Assembly: GCA_002269645.1 (NCBI GenBank)
Contig: NIVC01000269.1
Location: 62,001 to 126,000, forward strand
From: Macrostomum lignano
Lineage: Eukaryota
Length of the DNA: 64,000 nucleotides
Direction: 5' to 3'
Below, piece by piece: positions 58,501-64,000 of the stretch (its first letter is position 1; the number at the start of each line of letters is the position of its first letter). A model generated the notes under the pieces. It saw nothing but the letters and a program-made list of their open reading frames with translations, was not told the origin of the DNA and searched no databases. The translations under genes were made by a program, and so were the position numbers.

Positions 58501-58865
58501 ATTAGGGAAGGTTTGGGATTAGGGAAGGTTTGGGATTAGGGAAGGTTTGGGATTAGGGAAGGTTTGGGATTAGGGAAGGTTTGGGATTAGGGAAGGTTTG
58601 GGATTAGGGAAGGTTTGGGATTAGGGAAGGTTTGGGATTAGGGAAGGTTTGGGATTAGGGAAGTTTTGGGATAAGTGGAGATCCGGGATTATAGAAGGTT
58701 TGGGATTAGGAAAGGTTTGAGATTAGTGAAGACTAACAAACATTAAAATTCTTGCACAACAAAAAATAATAATTGCAGTCGAAAGAGAAGAATGGCACTG
58801 CCTCAGTCTCCAATGGACACCACTCCGCCGCGAACTGTCACGCTGAGGCTAAGAAGATCAAATAA
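55512..58865 (+). CDS. ELOVL4: Very-long-chain fatty acid elongase, ELOVL4-like; join(55512..55578,56174..56361,56821..57201,57902..58075,58779..58865), 298 aa
   Basis: [16 protein letters not shown], histidine box [33 protein letters not shown]|IQF, C-terminal KKIK ER-retrieval motif. Five exons with consistent phases. Confidence 0.92.
55755..56112 (+). repeat. 24-bp minisatellite, ELOVL intron 1
   Basis: Unit AATAGAATGGCGCCAAAATT(G/C)GAT. Confidence 0.94.
56408..56770 (+). repeat. 32-bp minisatellite, ELOVL intron 2
   Basis: Unit CAGGTTAATTAGATGGTGTCTAACACCCTACT. Confidence 0.95.
57248..57860 (+). repeat. 28-bp minisatellite, ELOVL intron 3
   Basis: Unit AATCTACTTCCACACTCTACTCTC(A/C)CCC. 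Confidence 0.95.
58118..58720 (+). repeat. 17-bp G-rich minisatellite containing TTAGGG, ELOVL intron 4
   Basis: Unit GA/GTTTGGGATTAGGGAA; period seen at 58141, 58158, 58175. Confidence 0.95.
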
Positions 58866-59364
58866 AACGATCACGAGTAGTTCATCCATCTTGCCTCAAG
58901 TTTTATTGGCAAAAATAAAAAATAACAATTTTATTATCTATGCCCGAGGATTTATAAAAGCCTTTAAAAATCTATAAAAGAAGAAGTCTTGAAAAAATCG
59001 CGTTTTGAACAAAGTGTGTTTGTTCGTAATTTTTTTATTTGCTTTTTTTAAAACCACTTTACTTGACTTGCTGATGATAGAACAAAAGCTTTTTGATTTT
59101 GATTGTGTCTTTTTTTACAAATATAGCAAACTGATTTCTAGAAGTACCAATTCCTGTGGGGAATAAGTTAATACAATATTTAATTCATTTAGTGAATTTC
59201 AAGCCGGCGCAGCTGCTTGCATTCGTGACAACAATTTGTGTTTTCTTATGCAGCTGTGCTATTCTTTGCTGAATATAAAAACCGCTTCTGTTTTGTTATT
59301 TCGCTTATTCTACTCATTATCCGTGGCCTATAACTATATGGCATAGTGACAATTAATACGCCCT

Positions 59365-60235
59365 TAGATCCTCTCTAATCCCCACGAAAAATATTCCCTT
59401 TAATCTCGAAACCCCCCAGAGAATCTATCCTTAGATCCCCTCAGATCCCCTAGAGAATGTACCCTTAGATCCTCTCAAATCCCCAGAGAACCTCCCCTTA
59501 GATTCTCTCAAATCCCCCAGAGAATATCATCTTAGATCCTATCAAATCCCCAGAGAATCTACCCTTTAGATCCTCTCAAATCCCCCAGAGAATATCATCT
59601 TAGATCCTATCAAATCCCCAGAGAATCTACCCTTTAGATCCTCTCAAATCCCCCAGAGAATATCATCTTAGATCCTATCAAATCCCCAGAGAATCTACCC
59701 TTTAGATCCTCTCAAATCCCCAAGAGAATCTACCTTAGATCCTCTCAAATCCCCCAGAGAATATCACCTTAGATCCTATCAAATCCCCAGAGAATCTACC
59801 CTTTAGATCCTCTCAAATCCCCAAGAGAATCTACCTTAGATCCTCTCAAATCCCCCAGAGAATATCATCTTAGATCCTATCAAATCCCCAGAGAATCTCC
59901 CCTTAGCTCCTCTCAAATCCCCAATAGAATCTCCCCTTTAGATCCCCTCAAATCCCTCAGAGAATCTACCCTTTAGATCCTCTCAAATCCCCAAGAGAAT
60001 CTACCCTTAGATCCTCTCAAATCCCCAAGAGAATCTCCCCTTTAGATCCCCTCAAATCCCTCAGAGAATCTACCCTTTAGATCCTCTCAAATCCCCAAGA
60101 GAATCTACCCTTAGATCCTTTTAAATCCCCAGAGAATATCATCTTAGATCCTCTCAAATCCCCCAGAGAATATCATCTTAGATCCTCTCAAATCCCTCAG
60201 AGAATCTACCCCTAGATCCCCTCAAATCCCTACAT
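59365..60235 (+). repeat. ~34-bp minisatellite between convergent ELOVL and Gly-rich genes
   Basis: Unit approx TTAGATCCTCTCAAATCCCCAGAGAATCTACCC. Confidence 0.9.
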
Positions 60236-61197
60236 CCTATTTCTCCTTAGATCTCAAAGTCACCAATAAAATCCACTATACTACGAGCTAAAAGCTTCAG
60301 TCTTATACAAGCGTATTATTAATTCATGTTATATTATATTTGTTTATTGTTTATTTATTATGACTTTAAATGCTACATGTAGCTACCTTAATTTAGCAAT
60401 TTACAAAAACTTTACCGGTCAACTGAAATGTTATTAACTTTTTTTAATTCTGTGCCTACTTGTAACTGGACAACAATAGCATTGATCTGGCTATCAGTGC
60501 TGTACCAAAATCGATATATTGATTGATTAATTGCATGCATTCGCTGTGTTATTATTACCATTGTTAAAAGTTGTTTTTGGCTAGATATAAATCAAAAATT
60601 AACTTGATGATGCGCGTTGAGCTTTGAAACTTAATTCTTAATGAATAATTTTTATTAAGAAGAAAAAGTAAATCTTTAAAGAAAGTTTTGCCGTGAATAT
60701 TTATTTATTTTATTAAAATTTGGTCAGTGTGCTACTTACAGTAGGTCGGATGCATTTTCAGAAATTTTTGTCGTTTCAACAATTTGATACTGAAAAAAGA
60801 TGACTTATACGAATGTTAAAAGCTAGCGCTTCAAACATATTTTTTTAAACGATGAAATTCTCGTTAAAGTCTGATTTGCGATTTAATATGATCTGGGTGG
60901 AAAAATGTGAGATAATAAGCTCACAGCTCATAGGCTTTCAGCCAGAAAATGAAACCATTTATAACAAGTTTTTTTTGTAGTGACCGACTAAACAAAGCGG
61001 CCTCTTCAGTTTGTTCGCAGAGAAAATAAGTTTTTTTAATTCAAAATTGCATCAAAATTTTTTGTATTGCAATTTTCATCACAATGAAATACCCGTAAAT
61101 ACGGCAGCACTAAGGCAGACGGTATGAGGACACTGAGACACGGGGAAATTAGAACAGATATCTTAAATGGTAGCCGGTGAGGCCAGATACTCATACA

Positions 61198-61222
61198 GAC
61201 ACAGACAGACAGACAGACAGGC

Positions 61223-61259
<37 letters not shown>

Positions 61260-61285
61260 GGCAGGCAGACAGACAGACAAACGGT
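61198..61285 (+). repeat. (CAGA)n microsatellite just 3' of the Gly-rich gene stop
   Basis: Read directly. Confidence 0.9.
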
Positions 61286-61295
61286 CAGACAGCAG

Positions 61296-64000
61296 TCAAG
61301 GTCCGCAGTCGATCAGCTGCACTGCCGCAGCTCCCTGATCGTTGCTGTTGCCACCCGTGACAGCTTGGCAGGTGCCCGGCAGGCCGCCACAGTAGGAGCC
61401 GCCGCCGCCCCCGGGGTGCTTGAATCCCAGGCCGGCGCCGCCCCCGCTGAAGCCGCCGCCGGCGCCGCTGGCACCTGTGCCTTCTCCTCCGCCGCCTCCG
61501 CCGCCGAAGCCGCCAACAGCGTTGGAGTTGCTGCCGCCGCCGCCGCGGCCGCCAACCCAGCCGCTCAGCCGGCCGCTGCCTCCCTCGCCAGCCTTGGCTG
61601 AGTCCCTCAGAGTCAAGCTAGACGTCAGGGCGCTGCCGAGCCATCCAGCTCCGGAGCCTCCGTTCTTATTTGATGTTCTGACTACACCTGGGGTGCCGTT
61701 GACGCCGCCGATGCCTTTGTTTTGGAGTGCGCAGGTGCCGCAAGGATCGCTGCCGGTAGCGTTCTGGCCGGCTTGTCCCTCTTGACCTGCGATGGCAGTG
61801 CGTTGCAGTCAGGTGTTCACCATGAGCTCACTGTGCTCAATGTGTGCTCACCTGTGTGCTCACCTGCGTGCTCACCTGCGTGCTCACCTGCGTGCTCACC
61901 TGTGTGCTCACCTGCGTGCTCACCTGCGTGCTCACCTGTGTGCTCACCTGCGTGCTCACCTGCGTGCTCACCTGCGTGCTCACCTGTGTGCTCACCTGCG
62001 TGCTCACCTGCGTGCTCACCTGCGTGCTCACCTGTGTGCTCACCTGTGTGCTCACCTGTGTGCTCACCTGCGTGCTCACCTGCGTGCTCACCTGCGTGCT
62101 CACCTGCGTGCTCACCTGCGTGCTCACCTGTGTGCTCACTGTGTGCTCACCTGTGTGCTCACTGTGTGCTCACCTGTGTGCTCACCTGTGTGCTCACCTG
62201 TGTGCTCACCTGTGTGCTCACCTGCGTGCTCACCTGCGTGCTCACCTGTGTGCTCACCTGTGTGCTCGCCTGCGTGCTCACCTGTGTGCTCACTGTGTGC
62301 TCACCTGTGTGCTCACTGTGTGCTCACCTGCGTGCTCACCTGTGTGCTCACCTGTGTGCTCACCTGTGTGCTCACCTGTGTGCTCACCTGCGTGCTCACT
62401 GTGTGCTCACCTGTGTGCTCACCTGTGTGCTCACCTGCGTGCTCACCTGTGTGCTCACTGTGTGCTCACCTGTGTGCTCACCTGCGTGCTCACCTGTGTG
62501 CTCACCTGCGTGCTCACCTGTGTGCTCACCTGCGTGCTCACCTGTGTGCTCACCTGTGTGCTCACCTGCGTGCTCACCTGCGTGCTCACCTGTGTGCTCA
62601 CCTGCGTGCTCACCTGTGTGCTCACTGTGTGCTCACCTGTGTGCTCACCTGCGTGCTCACCTGTGTGCTCACCTGTGTGCTCACCTGTGTGCTCACCTGC
62701 GTGCTCACTGTGTGCTCACTGTGTCTGTGCTACCCACCACTGTGCTCGCAGCTGCCGCCGCCTCCCCCGCCGGCCACCAGCAGAGGCCAGTCCGCTGCAC
62801 TGCCGTTCTTGTAGACTCGATAGATGAAGCTGCCGCCGCCGCCGCCCGAGCCGGGACATTGGCTGACATCCTGGGCGATGTCGGCGCCCCGATGCCCGAT
62901 CACGACGGAGAGCTCGGCGCCCGCTTCCAGTTGGAATTTTCCAGCGACTGTGGCGCCTCGACCGCCGTTGTATTTACCGTTGCCGCCGCTGCCACCTGCG
63001 GCGCTGATCAGGTAGCAACCAGGGATTGGAATGACCAAGGCCTGCACCGAGCCCTGTCTGCCTGAGCCTGAAGCTGCAACGGTAAATTTGTTGATACTGA
63101 TACTGTTGGTACCGGACCTTGACAACCAGTTAATTTACATTCGCAACCAATCTATTGACCTTGTCAACAAAATTATTGACCTTGACAACGGTTTTCTTGA
63201 CCTTGACAATGGTTTGGTTGACCATGACAACGGTTTTCTTGACGTTGACAATGGTTTTGTTGACCATGACAACGGTTTTCTTGACCTCGACAACAGTTTT
63301 TTTGGCCATGACAACAGTTTTTTTTTACCTTGACAACGGTTTTCTTGACCTCGACAACAGTTTTTTTGGCCATGACAACAGTTTTTTTTACCTTGACAAC
63401 GGTTTTCTTGACCTTGACAACGGTTTTGTTGACCATGACAACGGTTTTCTTGATCTTGACAACGGTTTTATTCACCTTGACAACGGATTCAAGTACCTTG
63501 GCAACAGATTTATTACTCTTGAAAATCAATTTATTAACCTTGACAACGGAATTTTTGACCTTGACAACGGGATTATTTACCTGACAACGGAATTGTTGAC
63601 CTAGACAACGGGTTCATTTAACTTGGCAACGGATTTATTTCTCCTGGCAAATCAATTTTTGACCTTTTTTCGAATTAATTGAGTGCTAATTTTATAAGGT
63701 AATTTATCTAAAACTATTACATCTATTCATACACCTTGACAACCAAATTAGCGTCTGTGGTAACCATCTTGTTGACATTAAAAACCAATTTATATTGACA
63801 TCTTTGACGACCGAAATTGGTAAATTAGCGATTAACTGTCTTAATTAGCGACTTTGTGCGCGATCTGCTTATCGCCAAGTAACTGCTGCTGGAACAGTCA
63901 AACTCACCATTGAAATCTTTCATAAAGCCCAAAAACTGGAGTCGAAGTTGCTCGTCGAAATCAACAGCTTTCAGCACCTGTTGGTCATCGACGGACGAAC
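61296..64000 (-). CDS. ALK/LTK-type glycine-rich-domain protein, 5'-truncated by window edge; complement(join(61296..61786,62738..63073,63908..>64000))
   Basis: YLISAAGGSGG..GGRGATVAGKFQLEAGAELSVVIGHRG..GGGGGSF..PLLVAGGGGG and later GGFGGGGGGG..GGGFSGGG..GGGGGSY resemble the ALK/LTK glycine-rich region. Both junctions are phase 1; stop at 61296. Confidence 0.75.
61840..62725 (+). repeat. 12-bp minisatellite filling the intron 61787..62737
   Basis: Unit G(C/T)GTGCTCACCT; on the transcript strand (C/T)CAGGTGAGCAC-type units containing CAGGTGAG. Confidence 0.97.
63150..63620 (+). repeat. 21-bp degenerate minisatellite in intron 63074..63907
   Basis: Unit GACC(T/A)TGACAACGGTTTT(C/G)TT. Confidence 0.88.

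Noticed and set aside
58118-58720. Telomere or interstitial telomeric array
   Set aside because: TTAGGG is embedded in a 17-bp unit, not tandem, and lies inside an intron.

Overview
Eukaryotic (animal) genomic DNA, not prokaryotic: GT-AG/GC-AG spliced genes whose introns are packed with unrelated micro- and minisatellites. The style (Ala/Gly-rich GC-rich exons, satellite-filled introns, splice acceptors just before start codons) suggests a free-living flatworm such as Macrostomum; this is inference only. I assembled nine gene models by hand with phase-consistent junctions: AKTIP/FTS (+), a DGCR2-like VWC single-pass membrane protein (+), a 9-exon NPS/CCAP-type class A GPCR (-), DOLPP1 (+), an unknown intronless ORF (-), an SQ-repeat/SIM/C2H2 zinc-finger gene (-), RNF7/RBX2 (-), ELOVL4-like elongase (+), and the 3' part of an ALK/LTK-type glycine-rich-domain gene (-). 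Also present: a tRNA-headed CORE-SINE with target-site duplication, several MITE-like elements and about 30 tandem arrays. Most long ORFs in the supplied track are satellite artefacts. Most interesting: (i) two nested pairs of inverted, complementary intronic satellites bracketing a frame-preserving 642-nt exon block of the GPCR; (ii) an intron built from dozens of consensus 5' splice sites behind a weak true donor; (iii) loss of three conserved activation-motif tyrosines in the GPCR; (iv) an operon-like RNF7/zinc-finger/ORF cluster; (v) sharp CpG-depleted blocks with AGGCCT clusters. All exon structures are manual predictions without transcript evidence.
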